Origin: Gemmatimonas sp.
GTDB lineage: Bacteria > Gemmatimonadota > Gemmatimonadetes > Gemmatimonadales > Gemmatimonadaceae
NCBI GenBank assembly: GCA_965279375.1
Contig: OZ257156.1
Coordinates: 2,944,001-3,008,000, forward strand
Length of the DNA: 64,000 bases
Direction of reading: 5' to 3'
The notes beneath the pieces were generated by a model. The model was not told the DNA's origin, searched no databases, and saw only the letters and a list, made by a program, of their open reading frames with translations. This document shows, piece by piece, positions 35,787 through 45,772 of this stretch (within the stretch, counting starts at the first letter, position 1; each line of letters starts with the position of its first letter). A program made the translations under genes and the position numbers.

Positions 35787-36530
35787 GTGACTGCGAACCG
35801 CCGCTATCAGGAGCAGGAAATCGCCCTCATCCTCGAGCAGGCGGGCGCTGCGCAGGAGCGGGCGCAGGAGAAGGGCGCCATTGCGTTGCCGGCCGCGGAC
35901 TCACATGGCCTGACGTTGCAGCAGCTGCAGGAAATCGGCGCCGAGGTTGGGATATCCCCCGAGTACGTCGAGCGCGCCGCACGGGCCGTGGATCGCGGTG
36001 ACCTCGTTCCCACCCAACGTCGGACCTGGCTTGGGCTGCCGGTGGGCGTGGCGCGGACGATCGATTTCGGGCGCAACGTCTCCGATGCGGAATGGGATCG
36101 CATCGTGGTGACGCTACGTGAGACCTTCGAGGCGCGGGGGCGATTACAGCGCGACGGTTCCTTCCGTCAGTGGACCAACGGAAACCTGCAGGCGTTGCTC
36201 GAGCCGACGCCCTCCGGGCACCGCTTGCGGCTCAGCACCCGAAAGGGGGACGCCACCGCGATGGTGGCCATGGGCGTCTCCCTGATCGCCGGCGCCGCGC
36301 TGATCGCGGCGGCGGCCGTGTTGCGGACCGACGAGCTCACGGCGCGAATTCTCCTCGCGCCTGTCGTGATGGGAATCGGCGGGGTGCTCAGCCTCCTCTC
36401 AGTCGGTGTGCAGCTCCCCCGCTGGGCCCGGACACGTGCGGCGCAGATGGAAAGCATCGCCGCGCGCACGCTCGAGGAACCGGCCGGCCTTCCCGGCAAC
36501 ATCACACCCGCGCTGCCGGACGCGCGCTGA
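35787..36530 (+). CDS. Hypothetical membrane protein (2 TM)
   Basis: GTG start with GGAG. YQEQEIALIL...LTLQQLQEIGAEVGISP N-terminus and two C-terminal hydrophobic helices. Confidence 0.75.
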   Translation: MTANRRYQEQEIALILEQAGAAQERAQEKGAIALPAADSHGLTLQQLQEIGAEVGISPEYVERAARAVDRGDLVPTQRRTWLGLPVGVARTIDFGRNVSDAEWDRIVVTLRETFEARGRLQRDGSFRQWTNGNLQALLEPTPSGHRLRLSTRKGDATAMVAMGVSLIAGAALIAAAAVLRTDELTARILLAPVVMGIGGVLSLLSVGVQLPRWARTRAAQMESIAARTLEEPAGLPGNITPALPDAR

Positions 36531-36579
36531 CCTCATATGCTCGGCGCACTCCATCGCGTGCGCCGTGCGTGCGCGATGA

Positions 36580-38355
36580 CTACTTCTTGACGCGCCGCAC
36601 AACTTCAACGGCCTGAATGCCATCGCCTTCCTCGATGCGATCGATCAGCGACAGTCCGCTGGTGATGCGCGCGAACACCGTGTAATCGTGATCGAGGCGG
36701 AAGTTGTCCACGAGGTTGATGAAGAGCTGACCGTCGCCCGTGTCACGACCGCGCGTGGAAATGCCGAGCGTGCCGCGCTTGTGTGAACGCAGCCCGACCT
36801 CGTCGCGCATGAATCCCGACGAGATGCCATCATATTCGTCCGCGCCCGGCGAGCCACCCTGCACGACGAAATTCGGCACGATGCGATGCAGCGTTAGGCC
36901 GGTGAACTTGCCGGAGTCGGCGAGCTGCACCAGCGTCGCGACGGTCAGCGGTGCTTCGTCCGGGAAGAGCTCCATCGTGATCGTCCCCAGCCCGCGAAAG
37001 CGGATCTTGAGCATTGCCCCGTCCAGTCCGGCCAGAAACGCCTCGCTGGGGAGCGGCTCGATCGGATAATCCGCCACTGCGGGCACGACAATCGGCGATC
37101 CCGCCTCGCGCAGCCGCTCCGCGATCGCCACCAACGGGTCACGCTGAGTCGAGCGCTTCTGTGCCAGCAGACGGTCCGCCGTCGCGCGCAGTGGTGCGAC
37201 GGCGCGCGGCAGATCGGTGGAGCCCTTGAGCTGCGCCGCGGCCGCCAGTAGAAGCCCGGCGTGATCGCTGCTGAGTGCGCGCAGCGCGTCGTCGGTGTTG
37301 GACATCGCAGCGATGGCGACGTTGGGGGCATTGTCGCGAGCCAGCGCGGCAAGCGTGGCGCTGTCGTGGAGCAGCTTGGCTGCGGTGGCGGCGTAGACAC
37401 GTTCCTGCCAGGTGCGCGACGTCGCCGAGGCCGCGAGCGCGGGCTGGGCGAGTGCCGGTGCAATCCGGGCCAATGCGACGAGCGCATGCGCGCGCATGCG
37501 CCACGTGGTGCCGTCGCTCATGACCATCTGCAGCGTGGATGCGTACGTGTTCGCGTCGCAGGACTTCTCGCCGATCAGGTCGATCGCGGCCAGCGCAACA
37601 TGCTCGCTGCCGTCGCGAAGCGAGGCGAGCGCCCGTTCGCAGGTGCCGGCGACGCGCAGTGCCTGATAGCGCACGAAAGGCGACGGATCGTCGAGCCACT
37701 GTCGTGTGGCGGCGACGGCCAGCCGTCGCACCTGCGCGCTGGAGTCGCGCAACGCGAGTGCCATCGTGCTCGAGTCGCGATCGCCGGCGGCGGTGAGCGC
37801 CAACAGTACGAGCTGGCGCATCTCCTCGCCGCGGTTGGCGCGGAAGGCCTGCCGCAGCGCTTGCACCGTGCTCGCGGTCGGCTTGTTGCTCCGCGCGGTG
37901 CGACGCAGTAGCGACTCGAGTCCGCGGGCCGCCCCCAGCCGCTCTGTGGCATCGCGTGCGGCGGCGCCCAGATGTGTGGCCAGCGTCTGCTCCACTGAGC
38001 CCGTGGCCGCACTGCTGCGCCCCATGGTGGAGAGCAGCATTGCGCGCACGTCGCTGCGCAGCTCCTTGCTGAGCGGGGCCACGAAGTCGAACGGGGCCTT
38101 CATCTGCCCGAGCGCGTTGATCGCTTCGAGCCGCACTTGCGGGCTCTTGTCCGTCACGAAGGGAACAACGCTATCCCGCAGTGCTGGTCGCTCGAAGCGA
38201 CCGATCGCACGGACGGCGCGCGCACGCAACGTCTGATCACTCCCACGCGCGGCGCGCATGAGCACGGAGATGTCGGCACCGCGAGCATGCTCCGCCTCCA
38301 GCACCTGACGGGGCGACGGCGTCTGAACCACGAGGGACAGCATCAGCAACCACAT
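36580..38355 (-). CDS. HEAT-repeat protein with C-terminal cyclophilin-type PPIase
   Basis: HEAT repeats (DKSPQVRLEAINALG, DSSAQVRRLAV). Cyclophilin HRIVPNFVVQGG, DTGDGQLFIN, LDHDYTVFA. Confidence 0.88.
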   Translation of the reverse strand: MWLLMLSLVVQTPSPRQVLEAEHARGADISVLMRAARGSDQTLRARAVRAIGRFERPALRDSVVPFVTDKSPQVRLEAINALGQMKAPFDFVAPLSKELRSDVRAMLLSTMGRSSAATGSVEQTLATHLGAAARDATERLGAARGLESLLRRTARSNKPTASTVQALRQAFRANRGEEMRQLVLLALTAAGDRDSSTMALALRDSSAQVRRLAVAATRQWLDDPSPFVRYQALRVAGTCERALASLRDGSEHVALAAIDLIGEKSCDANTYASTLQMVMSDGTTWRMRAHALVALARIAPALAQPALAASATSRTWQERVYAATAAKLLHDSATLAALARDNAPNVAIAAMSNTDDALRALSSDHAGLLLAAAAQLKGSTDLPRAVAPLRATADRLLAQKRSTQRDPLVAIAERLREAGSPIVVPAVADYPIEPLPSEAFLAGLDGAMLKIRFRGLGTITMELFPDEAPLTVATLVQLADSGKFTGLTLHRIVPNFVVQGGSPGADEYDGISSGFMRDEVGLRSHKRGTLGISTRGRDTGDGQLFINLVDNFRLDHDYTVFARITSGLSLIDRIEEGDGIQAVEVVRRVKK

Positions 38356-38486
38356 CGGCAGCTCGGCGGTGAAGGGAACGGGCGCCTGCGGACGCCACGG
38401 TGGGAGAATATGCCTCCGCGACGGTGCGCCATTCCAGAGACGGTCCCGCGTGTTGCCGCTTCGTCCCCCGAACCGGATATTCGGGC

Positions 38487-41400
38487 ATGCGACCCTTTTC
38501 GACCGAACGCTTCCTCGGATACAGCGTGCTGCGCGCGGCGGCCCCTCTGGGCCTGCTGCTGAGCGCCTCCGCCCCCACGGCCACGCGCGATGTGCATGCC
38601 TACACGGGCGCAGCGGCAGCCACCGGCCGCCCGCTCGCCGCTGCGGCGGACAGCCTGCACTACGGCACTGGGACCTGGGAGCCAGACTCGCTGGGCAATC
38701 ATCGCGCGGTACTGCGCGTGGCGTCCGCGAGTGAGGCCGTCTACGTGCGGATCTCCTGGCGGCGGCGCGATGGCTCGCCCGAGCAGGTGGATGCGATCGT
38801 CATGAACGCGCAAACGGGAGCGCGAGTGCGCAACGTCGCGCGCGTGGCGATCAATCGCGAGTTCGGTGACTTTGTTTTCGAGGCCGCCGCGGCAGGCGCG
38901 TACTACGTGTACTACATGCCGTACACGGGCACCTTCAAGTCCAACTACCCGAAGATCACCTACCGCACGCCGATGGCGACGGCCGACGTGGCTTGGGCCG
39001 CTCGACACGCGTCTGCGGAGTCCATTCGCGCGGAGTCGCTGCGCGCGCTGCCCGCCGCCGTGGTGACCGGTTTCGATGCGGTGAATGAGTTTTCGCGCTT
39101 CACGCCGATGGAGTACATCGCCACGGCCGCGGAGCGCGCGGCGCTGATTGCGAAGCACCCAACGGCGGGCTACCTCGCGTTTCCTGAGGATCGCTCGCGC
39201 TCCATCCGCATGACGCACGACATTCCACAGCTCTGGGCGGAGCGTGGCGCGTTCGTGCCGTTCTCGGGCAAGGCGGAGCGCGGCGAGTCATACAGCTTCC
39301 AGATTGGCGTGTGGGCACATCGCGGGGCGCTCGATTCGGTGCGCTATCGTGCGAGCGACTTTGTGCGAGCTGGTGGAGGTCGCATCGCGGCGTCGGCGCT
39401 GACCGCGTACAACCTTGAAGGGGTGGACTGGTCGGGGGCGCGCTTTGTGCGCGCGTTGCACGTGGATGCGGGAGCGGTGCAGCCGTTGTGGTTCGGGCTG
39501 AACGTGCCGGAGACAGCAACCGCCGGTACATACACGGGACGCATCACGCTGTCCGTTGCGCATCAGCCCGATCGCGAGATCCCCGTCAGCATCACCGTGT
39601 TGCCCACGCGCGCCATCGCGCACGGCGACGACGCGCCGGAGAATCTCACACGACTGCGCTGGCTCAATTCGCGCATGGCCGCCGATGACGAGCTTGTGAA
39701 GCCCTACACGGCGCTGCGTGTGGCGCGCAGTGCGAAGGGTACGACGATTTCGCTGCTCGGTCGCGCGATGACGGTGGGCGGCAATGGCTTCCCAACGCAG
39801 GTGCGATCGTTCTTCACCGATGGCAACACGCGCATCGGTTCGAGCGCGCAGGAAGTTCTCGCGGCGCCCATCGCCCTTGTCGTGAACGATTCCGCTGGAC
39901 ACACAATGTCGTTCAGCGGCGCGGCAGCGCGCATCATGTCGCAATCGCCCGGCGCGGTGACGTGGCGTGCCGAACATCGTGCCGGTCCGATGGGCATGGC
40001 GCTGGCGGCGAAGATGGAATTCGAAGGCACGACCGAGTATCGCGTGACGCTGCGTGCGACCAAGCGCACGACGCTCTCGGATGTGCGCATCGAAGTGCCG
40101 CTCCGCAGCGAGGCGGCGCGCTACATGATGGGGCTGGGGCAGAAGGGAGGGCTCCGGCCGAGCGAGTTCCACTGGAAATGGGACGTCACCAAGAAGAACC
40201 AGGACGCCGTGTGGCTGGGGGGCGTGAGTGCGGGCATGCAACTCACGCTCAAGGACGACGCCTACGTCCGGCCGCTCAACACCAACTTTTACCTGAGCAA
40301 GCCCCTCGTCGAGCCACGCTCGTGGGCCAATGGCGGCAAGGGTGGCTGCGATATCGTCGAGCGCAACAACGCGGTGCGGTTGTCGTGCTATAGCGGCGCG
40401 CGCGTCATGGAAGCGGGGGATTCGCTGCGCTTCGATTTCCGGTTGATGCTGACACCGTTCAAGCCACTCGATACAGCCGGGCAGTGGGAGACGAGATTCT
40501 TTCACGCGTTCGTGCCGGTGGACTCCATCGTGAAGCGCTCCGCCAATACGGTCAATGTGCATCACGCCAACCGCGTGAATCCGTGGATCAACTATCCGTT
40601 CATCGAGACGGCGGCGATGCGCTCATACATCGACTCGACGCACGCTCGGGGACTGCGCACGAAGATCTACTACACGGTGCGCGAACTCACGAATCATGCG
40701 CCGGAGATTTTCGCGCTGCGCTCGCTCGGCGACGAAGTTCTGTCGAACGGGCCCGGCGGCGGCTTTTCTTGGCTGCAGGAGCATCTGGGCGGTGACTATC
40801 TCGCGGCGTGGCACGTGCCGACCAACAAGGATGCAGCGGTGGTCAACAGCGGCGTATCGCGCTGGCACAACTTCTACATCGAAGGACTCAACTGGCTGGT
40901 GCAGCACGAGAAGATCGATGGGCTCTATCTCGACGACGTGGCCTTCGATCGGCTGACGATGAAGCGTGTGCGCCGTGTGCTGGATCGAGGCAATCCGCGC
41001 GCGCTGCTCGATCTGCACTCGGCCAACCAGTACAACCCGCGCGATGGCTTTGCGTCGAGCGCCAATCTCTATCTCGAGCACTTCCCGTTCATCAATCGGC
41101 TCTGGTTCGGCGAGTACTTCGACTACGACTCGAAGCCGGACTATTGGTTAGTCGAGATCTCGGGCATCCCGTTCGGTCTGATGGGTGAGATGCTCGAGAA
41201 AGGCGGCAATCCATGGCGCGGCATGACGATGGGGATGACGGCTCGGCTGCCGTGGTCCGGCGATCCAGCGCCGCTCTGGAAACAGTGGGACAGCTTTGGC
41301 ATCCAGCAGAGCCGCATGGCCGGCTGGTGGGGTGATAGTCACCCGGTGACGACGAGCGACGCCAACGTCCTGGCGACGACGTGGGTAAAGCAGGGGACGG

Positions 41401-41606
41401 CCATGGTCTCGCTGGGGTCGTGGTTGGAGACCGACACGCAGGTGCGACTTGCGATCGACTGGAAGGCACTTGGTCTCGATCCTGCTCGAACGCGAGTGCG
41501 CGCACCGGCGATCGATGCGTTTCAGTCGGCGGGCGAGTGGGCGCCAGACGCGCTGATTCCCGTGCCGGCCAAGAAGGGGTTGTTGCTCGTGCTCGAATCA
41601 CGCTGA
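38487..41606 (+). CDS. DUF6067 / glycoside-hydrolase-like (GH123-related) exported protein
   Basis: LGNHRAV, WRRRD, NPWINYPF, KIYYTVREL, DGLYLDDVAFDR, DLHSAN, LWFGE. Start placed at ATG 38487. Confidence 0.78.
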   Translation: MRPFSTERFLGYSVLRAAAPLGLLLSASAPTATRDVHAYTGAAAATGRPLAAAADSLHYGTGTWEPDSLGNHRAVLRVASASEAVYVRISWRRRDGSPEQVDAIVMNAQTGARVRNVARVAINREFGDFVFEAAAAGAYYVYYMPYTGTFKSNYPKITYRTPMATADVAWAARHASAESIRAESLRALPAAVVTGFDAVNEFSRFTPMEYIATAAERAALIAKHPTAGYLAFPEDRSRSIRMTHDIPQLWAERGAFVPFSGKAERGESYSFQIGVWAHRGALDSVRYRASDFVRAGGGRIAASALTAYNLEGVDWSGARFVRALHVDAGAVQPLWFGLNVPETATAGTYTGRITLSVAHQPDREIPVSITVLPTRAIAHGDDAPENLTRLRWLNSRMAADDELVKPYTALRVARSAKGTTISLLGRAMTVGGNGFPTQVRSFFTDGNTRIGSSAQEVLAAPIALVVNDSAGHTMSFSGAAARIMSQSPGAVTWRAEHRAGPMGMALAAKMEFEGTTEYRVTLRATKRTTLSDVRIEVPLRSEAARYMMGLGQKGGLRPSEFHWKWDVTKKNQDAVWLGGVSAGMQLTLKDDAYVRPLNTNFYLSKPLVEPRSWANGGKGGCDIVERNNAVRLSCYSGARVMEAGDSLRFDFRLMLTPFKPLDTAGQWETRFFHAFVPVDSIVKRSANTVNVHHANRVNPWINYPFIETAAMRSYIDSTHARGLRTKIYYTVRELTNHAPEIFALRSLGDEVLSNGPGGGFSWLQEHLGGDYLAAWHVPTNKDAAVVNSGVSRWHNFYIEGLNWLVQHEKIDGLYLDDVAFDRLTMKRVRRVLDRGNPRALLDLHSANQYNPRDGFASSANLYLEHFPFINRLWFGEYFDYDSKPDYWLVEISGIPFGLMGEMLEKGGNPWRGMTMGMTARLPWSGDPAPLWKQWDSFGIQQSRMAGWWGDSHPVTTSDANVLATTWVKQGTAMVSLGSWLETDTQVRLAIDWKALGLDPARTRVRAPAIDAFQSAGEWAPDALIPVPAKKGLLLVLESR

Positions 41607-41617
41607 TACGCAACGCT

Positions 41618-41655
41618 GCATCAGACTCGCATCCGATTCGCATCCAATTGCATCC
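41618..41655 (+). repeat. Four phased GCATC(C) direct repeats in an intergenic gap
   Basis: GCATC at 41618, 41629, 41640 and 41650 (spacing 11, 11, 10). Confidence 0.7.
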
Positions 41656-41665
41656 AAGAGGCCCG

Positions 41666-43969
41666 ATGACTCGCCGCTCCCGATTCGCACTCGCCATCAG
41701 CGTCATGGCGACCGCGACGGCCACCATGACTGCGTCCGCGCAGACCAAACCGACGGTCGAGCAGTTTCTATCGCCAGCGTCCCCACTCATGCTCGCGTCG
41801 GCCCACAAGGCGGATCGTGTGGCGTGGATGGCGTACGACCGTGGTATGCGCAACGTCTACACTGCGGCCGCTCCCAGCTTCGCGCCGGTGCGCGTGACCA
41901 ACTTTCTCGAAGACGATGGCAACGACCTGACCGACGTGTCGCTCTCCGACGACGGGTCAATCATCGTCTTCGTGCGCGGCTCGGCGCCCAATCGCTTTGG
42001 CTGGGTGGCCAACCCCAGTCATGACGCCAACGGCGCGGAGCGCGCCATCTGGGCGGTGCGTTCGAGCGGCGGACCGGCGTGGCGCGTAGCCGAGGGCGCG
42101 TCGCCCGAGTTGTCGCCCGACGGCAAGTACGTGCTGTACGTGAAGGACGGACAGATCTATCGCGCGACGGTGGTGCGCACGCGGCCGGCGACGGCGCACG
42201 ACACGGGCGGCGTACCTTTCATTCGTGAGTGGGGGCGCAACGGAAGCCCGCGTTGGTCGCCTGATGGTCAGAAGATCTCGTATGTGAGCGATCGCGAGAA
42301 TCACGCGTTCGTGGCTGTGTACGACATGCGCACGCGCAAGGTCACGTATGTGAGCCCGAGTGTCGATTGCGATGGTGGCCCCACGTGGAGCCCCGACAGC
42401 AAGCGCATCGCGTTCTATCGTCGGCCGGGTACGCCGTTCGGCTTGCAGGCGCAGGTGGGGCAGGGTGGCATCGGCAATCCGCCCGGACCGGCCGCGCCGG
42501 GAGGAGCGTTTGCTGCGCAGCCTCAGCGCGTGGCACCGGCATCTGGGTGTGGCGGCGGTGGCTTTGGCGGACGCGGTGGAGCGCCGGTCGCGACGGATAC
42601 GAATGCGCGCGGCGGCAACCCGATGCGTCGTTCACCCGGCTTCTATTCGTCCACGTTCGCTGGTGGGCACACGCTCGCGCTGATGATTGCCGATGCAACG
42701 ACCGGTGAAGCGAGGGAGACGTGGCACAACGCGCCGCGCGACAGCGTCTTCACGAGCTTGAACAACATGGTGTGGGCGAATGACCACGTCGTCTTTCCGG
42801 TGACGTTTCCCAAGGACGAGTTCGAGCGCTGGTACACGCTGAGCGTGAACGGTGGATCGCCGGTGCGCTTGACGACGACGGATGGTCTGATCGAAGACGC
42901 CACGTCGGTCGCGATGTCGAAGGACGGCAAGACGATGTTCTACTGCACGAATGCGACGGACATCGAGCGTCGGCACATCTGGTCAGTCCCCACCGCGGGC
43001 GGCGCGGCACCAGTGCGCATCTCGACGGGCGATGGCATCGAGACCTATCCGCAGCCGCTGGCGTCGGGCAAGAGCGTGGCGGTCATCTACTTCGACGCGC
43101 ATACGCCGGCCTCCATCGCGCTTGTGCCCACGCAGGGTGCGAAGCCGACGATTGTCTTCCCCAAGCTGGGCAAGGACTTCCCCACGGCCGCACACGTGAC
43201 GCCGGAGATCGTGTGGACGACGGCTGCCGACGGCATGAACATCAGCAACCAACTCTTCCTGCCGAAGGACATGAAGGCTGGCGAGAAGCGACCGGCGATG
43301 GTGTTCGTGCATGGCGGTCCGCAGCGGCAGATGATGCCCGGCTATCACTACATGCAGTTCTATCACTGGGCGTACGCATACAACCAGTGGCTCGCCAGCC
43401 AGGGCTACATCGTGCTGTCGATCAACTATCGGAGCGGCATCGGCTACGGTCGCAGCTTTCGCAACGCCGAGAAGACGCAGGCGCGCGGCAACTCGGAGTA
43501 TCAGGACGTGCTGGCCGGTGCCAAGTTCCTGCAGGGGCGCGCCGATGTCGACGTCTCGCGCATCGGCATCTGGGGATTGTCCTACGGCGGACTGCTCACG
43601 TCGCAGGCTCTGGCGCGCAACTCGGACATCTTCGTGGCCGGCGCCGATCTGGCCGGCGTGCATCTCTACGGCAATGTGATCGACACGACGAGTCTCGCCT
43701 TCCGATCCAGCGCTGTGTCGGCCATCGACAGCTGGAAGTCACCCGTGTTTCTGGTGCACGGCGACGACGATCGCAACGTGGACTTCGCACAGACGGTCGG
43801 ACTCGTGCAGCTGCTGCGCGCGCGCAAGATCTATCACGAGCTGATCGTGGTGCCCGATGACCTGCACGAATCGATGCTGCACAAGAACTGGATCGACACC
43901 TTCGACCGCATGGGGGTCTTCTTCAAGCGGTTCGTGTGGGACAAGCAAAAGCCGCCGACCAGTGAGTGA
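41666..43969 (+). CDS. S9 family prolyl-oligopeptidase/dipeptidyl-peptidase-like protein
   Basis: Signal peptide, WSPDG propeller repeats, VHGGP, nucleophile WGLSYGG, HGDDDRNV (Asp), PDDLH (His). Confidence 0.92.
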   Translation: MTRRSRFALAISVMATATATMTASAQTKPTVEQFLSPASPLMLASAHKADRVAWMAYDRGMRNVYTAAAPSFAPVRVTNFLEDDGNDLTDVSLSDDGSIIVFVRGSAPNRFGWVANPSHDANGAERAIWAVRSSGGPAWRVAEGASPELSPDGKYVLYVKDGQIYRATVVRTRPATAHDTGGVPFIREWGRNGSPRWSPDGQKISYVSDRENHAFVAVYDMRTRKVTYVSPSVDCDGGPTWSPDSKRIAFYRRPGTPFGLQAQVGQGGIGNPPGPAAPGGAFAAQPQRVAPASGCGGGGFGGRGGAPVATDTNARGGNPMRRSPGFYSSTFAGGHTLALMIADATTGEARETWHNAPRDSVFTSLNNMVWANDHVVFPVTFPKDEFERWYTLSVNGGSPVRLTTTDGLIEDATSVAMSKDGKTMFYCTNATDIERRHIWSVPTAGGAAPVRISTGDGIETYPQPLASGKSVAVIYFDAHTPASIALVPTQGAKPTIVFPKLGKDFPTAAHVTPEIVWTTAADGMNISNQLFLPKDMKAGEKRPAMVFVHGGPQRQMMPGYHYMQFYHWAYAYNQWLASQGYIVLSINYRSGIGYGRSFRNAEKTQARGNSEYQDVLAGAKFLQGRADVDVSRIGIWGLSYGGLLTSQALARNSDIFVAGADLAGVHLYGNVIDTTSLAFRSSAVSAIDSWKSPVFLVHGDDDRNVDFAQTVGLVQLLRARKIYHELIVVPDDLHESMLHKNWIDTFDRMGVFFKRFVWDKQKPPTSE

Positions 43970-44016
43970 CTGATCGGCGGCGCAGATGCTGCTGGCCTTT
44001 TAACGCTTCGTGACGT

Positions 44017-45618
44017 TCAGCGGATCGGCCGGTCGAGCGCTTCGTAGCGTGCACGATGTTGTTCAGGCGCCGCCTTCGACGTGACGTCGAGTGTCATGAC
44101 GGGGTTCCCCTTCGCCGCCTCGTACGCGGGCCAGAGGGGGAGCCCTTTTCCATTCGGATTGCCGGTGCGCGCAAAGTTGCTCCAGTATCGAAGCATCTGC
44201 GACGACAGCGCGTGATCCGCCGGCTCCCACGTCACCTTGGGAACGGACTCCAGCGCGCCGAAGACGTACTCGATCTCGCCGGCATGTCGCGCACCGACAT
44301 CGCGCGCGCTCAGCGTGCGACCGTTCGGGAGCGTGGTCGGCGCGATTGGAATCTGGCGGGCGAAGAGATAGCGATAGACGGGCTTGCCGCTTGTGGCGCG
44401 ATGTGTCTCGATCCACTTCCACGTGCCGTAGCTGATGAACTGATCGCTCGTCAGCGCGGCGGACGACTCCGTCGCGACGGAATCGTTGGTGGCAGGATAG
44501 GCGGCGAGCATTTCGTCGGCGCGTGGACCAAAGCGTGTACGCACCGACGTCGTGAACGAGGCGGCCGTGGTCGGCGTGGGGTTGAGCGTCACGGCGGAAC
44601 GCATCTCGTCGGAGTTCCAGCCGGCCAGCAAAGGAATGCGCTGCTGCTCGCCGGCGGCGTAGATGTCGCGCACAGGCTTGGGGAGCACGACGCCGTCGAT
44701 GATCGCACTGAAGCTGCGCCCGGGCTTGGCGCGCGACGCCTTGAGTATCGAATCGGCGGAGATCGCCCGGAGCGCGACGATGGAGGTGGCGCCGATGTCC
44801 GCGCCGAACGCGGCGCCCGCCTTCTCCGCAACGGCGAGCGTTGGCGCGCCCAGGGTGGCCCCAAAGAAGGCCCCGCTTTCACCGATCGCCTTGTGAACGA
44901 TGCCCTTGGCGAGCGGCGAGGCGACAAGTGCGCTCACGCTGAACGAGCCCGCCGATTCGCCGAAGATGGTGACGTTGGCCGGATCGCCACCAAACGCGGC
45001 GACGTTGTCGTGCACCCACCGTAGCGCGGCGAGCTGGTCGAGCAGCGCGTAGTTGCCCGAGGTTCCACGCTTGGACTCCGCCGTCAGCTCGGGATGTGCG
45101 AGGAAGCCGAAGACGCCGAGCCGATAGTTGAGGCTGACGACCACCACTCCGTTCGTGGCGAGCCGTGCACCATCCTGTCGTGGTTCCGACGCAGAGCCCG
45201 CCTGAAAGCCGCCGCCATAAATCCACACCATCACGGGCAGCTTCTGTGCGGCGCGCCTCGCTGGTGTCCACACGTTCAGGTAGAGGCAGTCTTCGCTCAC
45301 CTGATCGCGGAAGATCATGTCGGAGTAGATCGGCGCTTGCATGCAGCGCGGACCGAACGCCGTGGCTTCACGAACGCCGGGCCACGGCTCGACTGGTTGT
45401 GGCTCTCGCCAGCGCCTCTCTCCCGTTGGCGCCTGAGCGAACGGGATTCCCAGGAAGGTGCGGACCCCGCTCGAGGAGACCGGGAGCCCCTGCAGCGTGC
45501 CTGCGGCGATGCGCACCGTCGTTGTGCTCTGGGACGAAACGGGTCGAGCGCCGCCGAGCGAGAGGGCTGCGATGCCGATCGCGACGGCGAGCGGTTGCCG
45601 GAAGGAGTGCACGGACAT
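44017..45618 (-). CDS. Type-B carboxylesterase/lipase, exported
   Basis: FLGIPFA, SEDCLYLNVW, WIYGGGF, NYRLG, FGESAG, HAGEIEYVFG. Confidence 0.94.
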   Translation of the reverse strand: MSVHSFRQPLAVAIGIAALSLGGARPVSSQSTTTVRIAAGTLQGLPVSSSGVRTFLGIPFAQAPTGERRWREPQPVEPWPGVREATAFGPRCMQAPIYSDMIFRDQVSEDCLYLNVWTPARRAAQKLPVMVWIYGGGFQAGSASEPRQDGARLATNGVVVVSLNYRLGVFGFLAHPELTAESKRGTSGNYALLDQLAALRWVHDNVAAFGGDPANVTIFGESAGSFSVSALVASPLAKGIVHKAIGESGAFFGATLGAPTLAVAEKAGAAFGADIGATSIVALRAISADSILKASRAKPGRSFSAIIDGVVLPKPVRDIYAAGEQQRIPLLAGWNSDEMRSAVTLNPTPTTAASFTTSVRTRFGPRADEMLAAYPATNDSVATESSAALTSDQFISYGTWKWIETHRATSGKPVYRYLFARQIPIAPTTLPNGRTLSARDVGARHAGEIEYVFGALESVPKVTWEPADHALSSQMLRYWSNFARTGNPNGKGLPLWPAYEAAKGNPVMTLDVTSKAAPEQHRARYEALDRPIR

Positions 45619-45772
45619 GATGGTCCCGGAAAAGAGGTGTGCTACGTGCGGAATGTTCGGATCGGCCCCGAGCGCGTCAAGTTGCGCGCCACCGCTGGCA
45701 CTTCGCGAGCGGCGGCGCATGATTTCACAAAGTACCACGTCACACCCTGACTCTCACTCGGCCGGAGTATTC

